Assembly: GCA_040218735.1 (NCBI GenBank) | Contig: JAVJQW010000017.1 | Location: 96,001 to 160,000 of the forward strand | Direction of reading: 5' to 3' | Source of the DNA: Deltaproteobacteria bacterium | GTDB lineage: Bacteria; Myxococcota; Kuafuiibacteriia; Kuafuiibacteriales; Kuafuiibacteriaceae | DNA length: 64,000 bases | Shown here: piece after piece, positions 49,289 to 59,213 of the stretch | Layout: every line of letters begins with the position of its first letter | How positions within the stretch are numbered: the first letter of the stretch is position 1 | The notes under the pieces: generated by a model | The model's database searches: none | Told to the model about the DNA's origin: nothing | Seen by the model: only the letters and a program-made list of their open reading frames with translations | Program-made: the position numbers and the translations under genes

Positions 49289-51052
49289 ATGCCTAGGATG
49301 AGGACTGCGACGTTTGTCTCCGTACTCTGTGGCGTCGCCGCCACAGCGGCGTTCACCGGATGCGAAGATCCGACCACGCCCGATCTCTTCATCGCGCGGT
49401 GCGCCGCCGACTCGGAGTGCGGACCGGGATCGATCTGCATCGACGGCGAGTGTGTTCCGCGCGACGCGGTGTCATGCCTGTCCGTCGACGGCGGCCAAGC
49501 GATCCTTCAGCCCGGACCGCCGCTCATCGACTTCGGTCACACGGGCAGCGGCACGAGCATGGCCGACCTCGACCTGCGGAACATCGGCGACTGCACGCTC
49601 ACGATCTTCGAAGCGTACTTCGAGAAAGAAGAGGAGTCCGCGTTCGAGTGCCCGTTCTGCGCGCCCGAAGAGTTCCCGATCGAGCTGTTCCCCTTCCGCG
49701 ACCACGCCGTCGCGGTGTTCTTCACGCCGGACGAAGTCGGCGTCTACGAAGACAACCTCATCCTCCTCTCCGACGACGCCGAGTTCTCCGAGATCAAGGT
49801 CCCGGTCCGCGCGCAGTTCAACGGCCTCCCCGAGGCGTCCGTCGCGCCGGCGTCGCTCGACTTCGACTACGCGCCGGTGGGCCGCACGATCACGCGCACC
49901 ATTCAGATCACCAACCGCGGCACCGGCACCGCGCCGCTCGTGATCAACCGCGTCGAGATCCAGACGTCGACCGACACCTCGTTCTCCTACGAGCCCGAGC
50001 TCGAAGATCCGATCGAGCTGCTCCCGCCGATCGACGACGACCCGGGTGACAGCTACATCCTCAACGTTCGTTACCACCCCAAGGAGATCGACACCCACGT
50101 CGGCGACCTCGTGCTCTACACGAACCAGCCGTCGAACAGCGTGGTGCGCGTGCCGCTCACGGGTTCGTCGAAGACCCCCGCGAAGATCGCCGTCTCCCCC
50201 GAGCAGATCGTGTTCGGCCCGGTGCCGATCGGCGGCACCACCGCCCTCCCGCTCACCATCGTGAACGAAGGCGGCACCCCGCTGCGCATCAGCTACCGCT
50301 GGGGCGGCACGGGCCTGTCCACGGACCTCTCCGCGCTCCCGCTCGTCGTCCCGCCGATTCCGCCGGGCGCGTACACCGAGCTGCAGGTGCTCGTGACGGC
50401 CACGGCCCCCGCGCCGATCACCGGACTGCTGATCCTCGAGACCAACGATCCCTCGCGCCCGTCCGTCACCATACCGGTGTCCGCCGACGGCCAGGACGTC
50501 GTCGGCGCGCAGGTCGTGAAGATCGACATGAATTTCGAGAACGGATCCGACAGCGCCTTCGACGACGACTTCAGAAACGTCGACATGTCGCTCGAGAACC
50601 CGTTCGGTCTGGTCTGCAACAAACAGTACCCGCAGCCCACGAACTGGGGCGCGTTCGGCAACCCGAGCTGGATCAGCTTCGGCGTGAAGGAAGAGCCGGA
50701 GCGCGTCGTCCTCCCGGACGCGATGCAGGACGGCACGTACCGCGTCCTCCTCACCTACGTCGAGGACTGCTCGACGGTCCCGTCGGGGTTGGTCGCCGCG
50801 ATCCTCGGCATCTCGATCGAAGCGCTGATCGCTTACTTCACCGGCGGCATCACGACCGGGATCACGGGCGGCCAGGTCGCGGACGCGATCGACGACCTCT
50901 GTCTCAGTCGAAGCTCCTCGGCCGTCACCGTGACGGTCTATTTGAACGGCGCCATCGTCGCGGAGGTCCCGGTCACGCTGGGCCGGCGCGGTGACTACGT
51001 CTACGCGGTCGACCTCGTGCGGTCCGGCGGCCAGTACACGGTGCGGCGGTGA
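49289..51052 (+). CDS. Lipoprotein with Cys-rich module, three ASH (choice-of-anchor D) Ig-like domains and C-terminal beta domain
   Basis: Lipobox FTGC; CAADSECGPGSICIDGEC; repeated PxxxDF/VFG...xNxG...L motifs. Confidence 0.85.
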   Translation: MPRMRTATFVSVLCGVAATAAFTGCEDPTTPDLFIARCAADSECGPGSICIDGECVPRDAVSCLSVDGGQAILQPGPPLIDFGHTGSGTSMADLDLRNIGDCTLTIFEAYFEKEEESAFECPFCAPEEFPIELFPFRDHAVAVFFTPDEVGVYEDNLILLSDDAEFSEIKVPVRAQFNGLPEASVAPASLDFDYAPVGRTITRTIQITNRGTGTAPLVINRVEIQTSTDTSFSYEPELEDPIELLPPIDDDPGDSYILNVRYHPKEIDTHVGDLVLYTNQPSNSVVRVPLTGSSKTPAKIAVSPEQIVFGPVPIGGTTALPLTIVNEGGTPLRISYRWGGTGLSTDLSALPLVVPPIPPGAYTELQVLVTATAPAPITGLLILETNDPSRPSVTIPVSADGQDVVGAQVVKIDMNFENGSDSAFDDDFRNVDMSLENPFGLVCNKQYPQPTNWGAFGNPSWISFGVKEEPERVVLPDAMQDGTYRVLLTYVEDCSTVPSGLVAAILGISIEALIAYFTGGITTGITGGQVADAIDDLCLSRSSSAVTVTVYLNGAIVAEVPVTLGRRGDYVYAVDLVRSGGQYTVRR

Positions 51053-53031
51053 ACGCGATGAACAAGCGGATCGTCCTCGCCTTCCTCGCCCTCGCGGCGT
51101 GTGACCGTACGAACGCGGGCAGCGGGCCCGTCGAGATGCTGGAGCCGAAGCCCTCCGGTATCGAAGCGGAGCCGCGGTGGCTCACGTTCACGTGTGTCGA
51201 GCCGGGCTGCAACGAGACCCTCGAAGCGCAGATCTCGGTCATCGGCCGGCGCGACGTCGCGATCAAACGCATCGTCCTGTCGGAGCGCGACCGTAACGAC
51301 TTCCTCGTCACGTCGTCGGAGGAGCCCCCCTTCGTGCTCACGGCCGGCGAGGCGCTCGACGTCAGCGTGCAGTACCTCCCGACCGGCGACGTTCGCCTCG
51401 GCGACGTCGAGCTCGAGGTCATCTACACCGACGCGTCCGCCTCCGAAGAGGAGGATCGCATCGAGCCCGGCGAGCTGAAGGTGCCGCTGGTGCGTCGCCT
51501 GATCGGCGAGCCGCGCCTCGCGGTCGACCCGGGCCAGCTCGTGTTCGGCGCCGTCCTCCCCACCGCGGAGAAGCGCCTCCCCCTCACGATCTCCAACGAC
51601 GGCTTCGGCAACGTTGGGCTGATCATCGACTCGATCGAAGCGGAGCCCGCGGGCGTCGTCCGCGTCGAGCGCCTCCCCGAGCGCGCCCTCGTCCCCGGCG
51701 ACAGCTGGGACCTCGAGGTCGTCTTCGCGCCCAACAACGAACGCTTCCTCGAAGGCTGGCTCAACATCGAGCCCGTCGGCTCCACGGTCGAAGGCGCGCG
51801 CGTCCCGCTGCTCGGCACGAGCATCGAGAACCCGACCGTCTACACCGAGCCCGCGGATCGCGTGGACTTCGGCGAAGTGCCGGTCGGCTTCCCCGACATG
51901 GCGACGGTGACGATCCAGAACCGCGGCGCCGCGGACCTCTTCGTCAGCGACGTGCGGCTCGCAGGCCAGGTTGCGGGCGCCGACATGATGGTGATCCTGG
52001 AGGACGGCGTACAGACCGCGACCATCCCGCCGCTCGGAACGCTCGACGCGATCATCACCGTCGAAGGCACCGCGCCCGGCGAGATCGACACCGCGCTGCT
52101 GATCACGTCGACCGACCGCGAGACGCCGGTGCTCGACGTCCCCGTCACGGGCCTGATCACCAAGCCGATCATCCAGGTCACGCCGGGCACGGTCGACTTC
52201 GGCGCGGTGCCGCGCGGGTGGACGACGGTCCAGACCGTCGAGATCGAGAACGTCGGCTACGGCGACCTCGTGCTGTCGAACGTCGCGATGATCCTCGGCT
52301 CCAGCGAGCTGTTCACGATGCGCACCGTCCCGACGCTCCCGATCACCCTGCGCCACGACCAGCGCATCGCGGTGGAGATCGAGTTCCGCTCCGAAGCCGA
52401 AGCGAGCTTCTCGGGCACCCTCGCGATCGACTCGAACGACGCCGAGAACCAATTCATGGAGATCCAGCTCGCCGCGCAGGGCGCCTCCTGCGACGCCGGC
52501 TGCCCGATCGCCAACGGCACCCCGACCTGCACGCGCGGCCTGTGTGAGGTCGCGAGCTGCGACCCCAACTGGTACGACTCCGACGTCGACCCCGTGAACG
52601 GCTGTGAGTGCCGCGAGGTCTCGAACAACGGCGACCCGTCCGCGTTCTGCAGCGAAGGGCGCTACCTCGGCACCGTCGACGACGACGGCGACCGCACGTC
52701 ATTCACCGGCCTCATCCACGCCGAGGACGACATCGACATGATTCGCTTCTTCGGCGAGGACAAGACCAACTTCTTCTCCGACGACTTCGACGTCCGCGTC
52801 ACGCTCGACAGCGCCGACCCGAACATCAAGTTCTGCGTCTACCGCCACGACACCGGTAACCACCTCACGGAGTGTTTCCTCGAGAACGAGTCGTGCCCCG
52901 GCAACCGGAGTTACCGCCGCGACGGCGACCTCGGCCCGGACGACAGCGCGGACTTCGTCGTGAAGATCTTCCGTGAACCGGGGACCGCCGCGTCCTGCAC
53001 GCCGTACACGGTCTTCATCCGCAACGGCTGA
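51049..53031 (+). CDS. Lipoprotein with four ASH Ig-like domains, Cys-rich region and C-terminal beta-sandwich
   Basis: Lipobox LAAC; VFGAV, VDFGEV, VDFGAV domain starts; CDPNWYDSDVDPVNGCEC; GTGA overlap with the previous gene. Confidence 0.85.
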   Translation: MNAMNKRIVLAFLALAACDRTNAGSGPVEMLEPKPSGIEAEPRWLTFTCVEPGCNETLEAQISVIGRRDVAIKRIVLSERDRNDFLVTSSEEPPFVLTAGEALDVSVQYLPTGDVRLGDVELEVIYTDASASEEEDRIEPGELKVPLVRRLIGEPRLAVDPGQLVFGAVLPTAEKRLPLTISNDGFGNVGLIIDSIEAEPAGVVRVERLPERALVPGDSWDLEVVFAPNNERFLEGWLNIEPVGSTVEGARVPLLGTSIENPTVYTEPADRVDFGEVPVGFPDMATVTIQNRGAADLFVSDVRLAGQVAGADMMVILEDGVQTATIPPLGTLDAIITVEGTAPGEIDTALLITSTDRETPVLDVPVTGLITKPIIQVTPGTVDFGAVPRGWTTVQTVEIENVGYGDLVLSNVAMILGSSELFTMRTVPTLPITLRHDQRIAVEIEFRSEAEASFSGTLAIDSNDAENQFMEIQLAAQGASCDAGCPIANGTPTCTRGLCEVASCDPNWYDSDVDPVNGCECREVSNNGDPSAFCSEGRYLGTVDDDGDRTSFTGLIHAEDDIDMIRFFGEDKTNFFSDDFDVRVTLDSADPNIKFCVYRHDTGNHLTECFLENESCPGNRSYRRDGDLGPDDSADFVVKIFREPGTAASCTPYTVFIRNG

Positions 53032-53107
53032 TCCGCTGTTCCTCCCCGGCCCGCGTCGCGAACGGTCCGCTGCCCCCCGCGCCGCGGGGGTGTTAGCGTC
53101 CCGCGCG

Positions 53108-53659
53108 ATGCGCAAGACGCTCCTCTTCGCCACCTTCCTCGCGTTTGCGAGCACGCCCGCCTGGGCCCAGGACGACGGCTACAACGACCCGCCGGCCTCG
53201 CGGTCCACGTCGCGCTCCGGCGCTCGTTTCGGCGTCGGGATGTTCGCGACGCTCACGCCCTTCACGCAGGTCGGCAGCCCGTTCCCGCTGGGCGGCGCGG
53301 CGGCGGTCTTCGACACGGGGAGCCTCCGCTTCGCGGGCCGCTTGAACATGTTCGTGAACGACTCGGGTGACGACGGGATCGGCGCCGGCGTTCGGCTGCT
53401 CGTCCCCGTCCACGAGATGAAGAGCTCCGACTTCTCGCTCGGAGGCGGCATCGGCTTCGGCCACGTCTTCGACCCCGACCCGGGCGACGACACCACCTTC
53501 GTCCTCGTCGAGGGCATCGGCCAGATCCGCGTCTTCCTCGTCGAGAACGTCGCGCTCCACGGTGACCTCGGCGTCGCGTTCGCCGCTGGCGAGTCGGTGC
53601 TGCTCTTCGGCCTCGGTGCGCAGTTCATCGGCGGCTTCGGAATGACCTACTTCTTCTGA
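53108..53659 (+). CDS. Small outer-membrane beta-barrel protein
   Basis: Signal peptide ending AWA, alternating beta strands, terminal GMTYFF. Confidence 0.8.
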   Translation: MRKTLLFATFLAFASTPAWAQDDGYNDPPASRSTSRSGARFGVGMFATLTPFTQVGSPFPLGGAAAVFDTGSLRFAGRLNMFVNDSGDDGIGAGVRLLVPVHEMKSSDFSLGGGIGFGHVFDPDPGDDTTFVLVEGIGQIRVFLVENVALHGDLGVAFAAGESVLLFGLGAQFIGGFGMTYFF

Positions 53660-53669
53660 GCCTTCGCCG

Positions 53670-54752
53670 GTGCGGGTCGCGATCCTCATCCGCCGCTTCT
53701 CCACGCGCGGCGGGAACGAACGTCAGGCCTTCGAGCTCGCGCGCCACCTCTGCGGCGCCGGCCACGACGTCCACGTGCATTGCCACAAGGCGGACGAGAC
53801 CGCGGCGCTCCCGGGCGCCCACGTGCACGTCCTCCCCGGCATCCGCTTCGACCCGACGGCCGCGATGCTCAGCTACGCGTGGTCCACCCGCCGACTCGTG
53901 CGTCGCCTCCGAAGCGAAGACCGCATCGACCGCGTCATCGGATTCGGCCAGAGCGTCGAGCAGGACGTCTATCGCCTCGGCGGCGGCACCCACGCCGAGT
54001 TCCTCGTCGCCACGAAGGACCACCCGGGCGCTCGCGGCGGTCCCGTGCTCGACCGCGTCGCGCTCCGCCTCGAACGCATCCGCCTGAGGCCGGAGCGCTC
54101 GCCGCACCTCGTCGCGCCGAGCCACCGCGTCGCGGACGAGCTCGTCCGGCACTACGGTGTCGCGACCGATCGCATCCACGTGGTGTGGAACGGCACCGAC
54201 CTCGAGCGCTTCCAAACCGGCCCCGCCGAAGACCTCGGCTGGCGCGACGAACGCCCGCTCGCCCTCTTCGTCGGACAGGATCCCCACCGCAAGGGCTTCG
54301 ACATCGCCGCCGAGGCGACGCGCCGCCTCGGCGCACGCCTTGTTTACGTCGGCCGCGGCGACCGCCCCGCGCGCCTCCCCGACCACGTGCTGTGGGCCGG
54401 CGAGCGCCGCGACATGGAGCGTGTCTACCGCGCCGCCGACGTGCTGATCGCCCCGAGCCGCTACGACCCGTTCGGCGGCGTCGTCCTGGAGGCGGCGGCG
54501 TGCGGACGGGCATCGGTCGCCACGCGGCGCATCGGCGCGACCGAGCGATTCGCCGAGACCCCGCTCGATGCACTGCTCGTCGAGGACCCGGAGGACGTCG
54601 ACGGGGTCACGCGGGCCCTCGAATCAGCGCTGGCCGACCACGACGCGCTCGGCGCCGCCGCGCGTGCGGCCGTGGCCGACGCCTCGATCCAAGCGTGGGG
54701 TGAACGGATGGTCGAGGTTCTATCCCTTCCGATCCCCGAACGTGTGCGCTAA
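53670..54752 (+). CDS. Glycosyltransferase family 4
   Basis: RGGNER, RKGFD, PSRYDPFGGVVLEAAACG. Confidence 0.92.
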   Translation: MRVAILIRRFSTRGGNERQAFELARHLCGAGHDVHVHCHKADETAALPGAHVHVLPGIRFDPTAAMLSYAWSTRRLVRRLRSEDRIDRVIGFGQSVEQDVYRLGGGTHAEFLVATKDHPGARGGPVLDRVALRLERIRLRPERSPHLVAPSHRVADELVRHYGVATDRIHVVWNGTDLERFQTGPAEDLGWRDERPLALFVGQDPHRKGFDIAAEATRRLGARLVYVGRGDRPARLPDHVLWAGERRDMERVYRAADVLIAPSRYDPFGGVVLEAAACGRASVATRRIGATERFAETPLDALLVEDPEDVDGVTRALESALADHDALGAAARAAVADASIQAWGERMVEVLSLPIPERVR

Positions 54753-54761
54753 CGAGGAGCC

Positions 54762-55556
54762 GTGCGGATCAGCGGGCTGGTGGTCTGTAAGAACGAGGCC
54801 GACCGAATCGACGCCTGCCTACGGTCGTTGTCGTTCTGCGACGAGATCGTCGTCGTCGACTCCGGCTCCACGGACGACACCGTCGCGATCGCCCAGCGCC
54901 ACGGCGCGCGGGTGATCGAGCGCCCCTGGAAAAACGCGAACGACCAGAAGGAGTTCGGCCGCCAACAGGCGCAGGGCACGTGGCTCGTGAACCTCGACGC
55001 CGACGAGGTGGTCTCCGACGCGCTCCGCGACGAGATCCTCGCGCTGGTGGAGCGCGGCGGCGACGACGGCGTCGACGCGTACCTCGCGCCGTTCAAGAAC
55101 TACTTCCGCACCGCGTGGGTGCGGCGCTGCGGCTACTACCCGGACCCGCACGTGCGTTTCATCCGTCGGGCCGGCGCCCGCTGGGATCTCGAAACCCCGG
55201 TCCACGACAACGTCCTCGCCGACGGCGCGACCCGGATGCTGAAGGGGCACGTCGAACACCACTCGTTCCACTCGATGGAGCACTACGTCGACAAGTCGAA
55301 GGCCTACGCCGAGGGGTTCGCGCGGCACGCCCACGCCCAGGGGCGCCGGGCGAGCGCCCCGACGATCCTGCTGCATACCGGATGGCGCTTCTTCCGCATC
55401 TACGTCCTGAAGGGCGGATTCCTGGAGGGCGCACTGGGCCTCACGATCGCGGGGCTGCAGGCGTTCGACGTGTTCCGGAAGTACACCCGGCTCTGGGAGC
55501 TCGGTCGATTCCCGCCCGAGGAGGACGTGGGTGAAGGAGCGCCTCCTTCCGCTTGA
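54762..55556 (+). CDS. Glycosyltransferase family 2 (WaaE/KdtX-like)
   Basis: KNEADRI, VVDSGSTDDT, LDADE, YPDPHVR, VHD, GGFLEG. Confidence 0.92.
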   Translation: MRISGLVVCKNEADRIDACLRSLSFCDEIVVVDSGSTDDTVAIAQRHGARVIERPWKNANDQKEFGRQQAQGTWLVNLDADEVVSDALRDEILALVERGGDDGVDAYLAPFKNYFRTAWVRRCGYYPDPHVRFIRRAGARWDLETPVHDNVLADGATRMLKGHVEHHSFHSMEHYVDKSKAYAEGFARHAHAQGRRASAPTILLHTGWRFFRIYVLKGGFLEGALGLTIAGLQAFDVFRKYTRLWELGRFPPEEDVGEGAPPSA

Positions 55557-55590
55557 TCGTCGCGTTCCGGGGTGCTGATCATCCGCGCCC

Positions 55591-55800
55591 ATGAAGGCGC
55601 TGCTCGTTTGCACCGGACTCTGTTTCGCGCTCCTCGCGCTCCCCGCCTGCGGCGGCTACGACGCGTGCGGCGACAAGAACTGCGGCGACCCGTGCACCGT
55701 GTGTGACCCCGACGACAGCGACTGCGTGGAGTCGCAAGAGGCCAAGAGCTGCAACGTCCGCGGCGTGTGCGCGACGGCCGCCAACAACAGCTGCGGCTGA
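55591..55800 (+). CDS. Small Cys-rich lipoprotein (69 aa)
   Basis: Lipobox LPAC plus 8 further Cys in the mature part. Confidence 0.75.
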   Translation: MKALLVCTGLCFALLALPACGGYDACGDKNCGDPCTVCDPDDSDCVESQEAKSCNVRGVCATAANNSCG

Positions 55801-55801
55801 G

Positions 55802-56701
55802 ATGGATCCCAGCGAGCTCGACGAGCTGTACGCGGGTCCGCTCGCCGAGTTCGTCAGCCGCCGAAACGATCTCGCCAAGGCGCTCAAACGCGCCGGCCGC
55901 AAAGACGACGCGGCCACGGTCAAGGCGCTGAGGAAGCCGAGCCTCGGCGCGTGGGCGATCAACCAGATCGTCCGCCGAGAGCCCGACGTCCTCCGCGCCG
56001 TCTTCGACGCGCTCGATCGCGTGAAGGCGGCCCAGCTCGGCGGCGCCCCGGAGTCCGAGCGCCCCGCGCTCGCGGACGCCATGGCGGAGGAGCGCGCCGC
56101 GCTCGCCGCGGTCGAGTCCACCGCCGAATCGATCCTCACGCAGGCCGAACAGACCGCGACGAAGGCGACGCTGGATCGTGTCGTTCGCTCCGTGCGCGCG
56201 TCGGCGGTCGAACCCACCCGTCGAGAACAGCTCATGCTCGGCCAGGTCACGGAGGACGTCGCGGACGCCGGCTTCTCGGATCTCGCCGCGCAGCTCATGG
56301 GCGGCCTCGTGCCGGCGGCGCCGAAGGCCGCGCCGAGCCCGAAACCATTGCCGACGCCGGCCGCGCCGCGTGCACCTCGTCCCGCGCCCGGCAAGGCGCC
56401 GCCCGATACGATCGACCTCGCGGCGGAGCGCGAACGTCGGGAGAAGATCGAAGCCGAAGCCCGCGCGAAGGCGCGGCGCGAGCGCATCGACAACTACCGG
56501 CGCGAGCTGAAGGCGCTCCGGCTGAGCGAAGAGAAGCTCGACAAGGACCTCGCGCAGGCGGCGCTGGAGGTACAACGCGCAGAGGAGCGGCTCGATCGCG
56601 CAAGGAACCATCACACCCGGGCCAAGGAGCGTGTCACGAGCGCGCGCGCGCAGCGCCAGGAGTTGGAGGAAGCCCTCGCTGCGCTCGAACGCGCGGACTG
56701 A
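55802..56701 (+). CDS. Hypothetical protein with C-terminal coiled coil
   Basis: LDELY...EFVSRRNDLAK...LRKPSLGAWAINQ N-terminal motif, Pro linker, heptad-rich tail. Confidence 0.8.
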   Translation: MDPSELDELYAGPLAEFVSRRNDLAKALKRAGRKDDAATVKALRKPSLGAWAINQIVRREPDVLRAVFDALDRVKAAQLGGAPESERPALADAMAEERAALAAVESTAESILTQAEQTATKATLDRVVRSVRASAVEPTRREQLMLGQVTEDVADAGFSDLAAQLMGGLVPAAPKAAPSPKPLPTPAAPRAPRPAPGKAPPDTIDLAAERERREKIEAEARAKARRERIDNYRRELKALRLSEEKLDKDLAQAALEVQRAEERLDRARNHHTRAKERVTSARAQRQELEEALAALERAD

Positions 56702-56745
56702 AGTCGGTTCAAGCGATATCGCCGGTGTGCTACGGCACGAAGCGT

Positions 56746-57912
56746 ATGGGCGTACGAATCGGCGCCGCCGCGATCGGGCTCGCCGCCCTCGTGGGCGTGA
56801 GTTGCTACCCGAAGAACTTCCCGCCGCCGACCGCCAAAGCGAGCTTCGCCAAGGACTTCCCGTTCGACATCGGTCCCTACCTCGTCTACGTCGAGGGCGG
56901 TCGCCTGGACGTCGTCGTCGGGCACGATGCCCTGAAGACACCCCCCGTCGTCGCCTGGCAGACCGGTACCAGCACCAACGCCGAGAGCACCAAGGTCACG
57001 AGCACCTCGATCGACGGTCTCTGGGTTGCCCAGCTCACCGAGCTCCCGCTGGACGTACCGCTGACGTACACCGTCGAGAGTGAGCTGGGGACCGTCGGCC
57101 CGCTCCCCTTCCGTGGGGGCCGCTCGCCCGGACGACGCTTCCGCTTCGCGGCGTTCGGCGACACCCGGACCGGCCACAAGGTCCACCGCGCGCTGATCGA
57201 GAACATGGCGAAGGAGAACGTCGACCTCGTCGTCCACAGCGGTGACCTGGTCGAATCGGGCGGCGTGCTCGACCAGTGGGTGGAGTTCTTCTCGATCGAG
57301 GCGCCGGTGATCGCGTCGGCACCGCTGATCGCCGCGCTCGGCAACCACGACCTCTCCCAACGCAACCACTACAAACGTTTCATCCTCGCGAAGCGCTACG
57401 CCGACGACCAACGTTACTTCTATCGCGACTGGGGCGACGTCCGCGTGATCATCATGGACTCCGAGGAGGAGTCGCGCGCCGGCTCCGCACAGTACGAGTT
57501 CCTGGAGTCCGCGATGCGCGACGGCGCCGAGAAGGACATGTTCATGATCGTCGCGCTCCACCGCCCGCCCTACTCCGCGGGCGCGCACGGCTCCGACCTC
57601 GAGATGCGCGAGATCCTCGGCGAGCTGTGCCCGCGCTTCGGCGTCGAGGTCGTGCTCGCCGGACACGATCACAACTACGAGCGCACCAAACGCATCGACG
57701 GCGTAACCTACTTCGTCGCGGCGTCCGGCGGCGCGCCGATCCGACGCATGAACCCGAGCTGGTTCTCGGAGGTCGTCCGCACCGAGCCGCACTACGTCAT
57801 CTTCGACCTGGAGCGCCGGAGCCTCGTGGGCCGCGCCATCAACCTCGACGGGGACACGTTCGACACCTTCGTGATCCCGCCCCTCGACCCACAACCGCCG
57901 AAGAAGCCATGA
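56746..57912 (+). CDS. Secreted metallophosphoesterase (purple-acid-phosphatase fold), probable lipoprotein
   Basis: Signal with GVSC; FGDTR, SGDLV, GNHD, LHRPPY, AGHDHNYER. Confidence 0.9.
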   Translation: MGVRIGAAAIGLAALVGVSCYPKNFPPPTAKASFAKDFPFDIGPYLVYVEGGRLDVVVGHDALKTPPVVAWQTGTSTNAESTKVTSTSIDGLWVAQLTELPLDVPLTYTVESELGTVGPLPFRGGRSPGRRFRFAAFGDTRTGHKVHRALIENMAKENVDLVVHSGDLVESGGVLDQWVEFFSIEAPVIASAPLIAALGNHDLSQRNHYKRFILAKRYADDQRYFYRDWGDVRVIIMDSEEESRAGSAQYEFLESAMRDGAEKDMFMIVALHRPPYSAGAHGSDLEMREILGELCPRFGVEVVLAGHDHNYERTKRIDGVTYFVAASGGAPIRRMNPSWFSEVVRTEPHYVIFDLERRSLVGRAINLDGDTFDTFVIPPLDPQPPKKP

Positions 57913-59213
57913 AGGGGACACTCGCGGTCATCGCGTTGGCGACGGCCATCGCTTCGCCCGCGCGTGCGCAGACGTCGTCCTCGACGACGGCGGAACCACT
58001 CACGACCGAAGTGCGTCCCGAGACCGCCCCCGGCCTCGACCTCCCGACCCTGGTCCTCCGGCTCCCGCAGGCCTTCCTCGAGCTGGCGTTCGTACCGCTC
58101 ATGCCGGTCGCGGTGCTCTTCGAGCGGTACCACGTGATCGATCGTCTCTTCGATCTGTTCACGAACGACGCCAAGACACTCGCCGTGGTCCCGATCGTCG
58201 TCCCGTTCAACGCCTCCGGCATCGGCGTCGGCGCGACCCTCGTCTACAACGAGCCGCTCGGGAGCGCGGACCGTCTGATCGCCGTGGTGCTCGTTCGCGA
58301 GAACCGCGACCGCAACATCTCCGTCAGCTTCGGACGACGCCTCGCGACCCTCAACGGACGCGCGTTCTCACTCGGCGCTTCGTACTCGTCCGACCACGAC
58401 CAACGCATCTACGGCTTCGGCGCCGGCACGCAGGAGTCCGACGAGCGCTTGATCCGCGTCGACGGCGTCGACGCCACGGCGTCCTTCCAGCTGATCGCAC
58501 CGGCCCGCGTGCCGGAGTACTCGGCGGGGGTCGGCGCGGCGTTCCGTCGGCGGCGCATCGGCGTCGGCAGCGGCGATCGCGCCCCCGGCCTCGCACCCAA
58601 CGACTCCGTCGCGGTGCCGCCCGGCTTCGGACGTACGCTCGACTATCCGGAGTTCTCGCTCGAGAGCGCGTACGACTCACGCGACAGCGTCGGGCGCACG
58701 ACCAAGGGCATCATCGCGAGCCTCCAGTCGTCGGTCACACACGACATGAACGGCGGCTCCACCGGCGGCGTGCGCATCGAAGGTGGCTTCTCTGCGTTCC
58801 TCCCGCTGCTCCCGTTGTACCGCGTGCTCTACCTCTCGGTCGGCGCGGCGGGCACCGTGCCGATCGGCGAAGAGAACGAGGTCCCGCTCCACCAGATGGT
58901 GAGCCTCGGCGGCAGCGGCTCACTCCGTGGTTATCCGTCGGACCGCTTCTTGGGGCGGATGGGTTGGTGGGCGACCGCCGAGTGGCGCTACCGCTTCTAC
59001 GAGTACGAGGACAGCACGATCGGTCTGTCCGCGGTGTGGTTCGGTGACCTCGGTCAGGTCTCGAACGACGTCGACGGCTTCGGCGATGGCCTCCCCTGGT
59101 CGGTGGGTTTTGCGCTGCGCGCCGAGCAGAACCTGATCAACCTCGGTCGCGCGCAAATCGCGTACGGGCCCGAAGGGTTCCGCTTCAGCGTCGGCGTCGG
59201 GGAGGTGTTCTGA
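57909..59213 (+). CDS. Omp85 (BamA/TamA) family barrel without evident POTRA domains
   Basis: Signal peptide ending ARA; YDSRD, LGGSGSLRGY loop-6 motif, AEWRY, terminal F; 434 aa; ATGA overlap. Confidence 0.88.
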   Translation: MKGTLAVIALATAIASPARAQTSSSTTAEPLTTEVRPETAPGLDLPTLVLRLPQAFLELAFVPLMPVAVLFERYHVIDRLFDLFTNDAKTLAVVPIVVPFNASGIGVGATLVYNEPLGSADRLIAVVLVRENRDRNISVSFGRRLATLNGRAFSLGASYSSDHDQRIYGFGAGTQESDERLIRVDGVDATASFQLIAPARVPEYSAGVGAAFRRRRIGVGSGDRAPGLAPNDSVAVPPGFGRTLDYPEFSLESAYDSRDSVGRTTKGIIASLQSSVTHDMNGGSTGGVRIEGGFSAFLPLLPLYRVLYLSVGAAGTVPIGEENEVPLHQMVSLGGSGSLRGYPSDRFLGRMGWWATAEWRYRFYEYEDSTIGLSAVWFGDLGQVSNDVDGFGDGLPWSVGFALRAEQNLINLGRAQIAYGPEGFRFSVGVGEVF

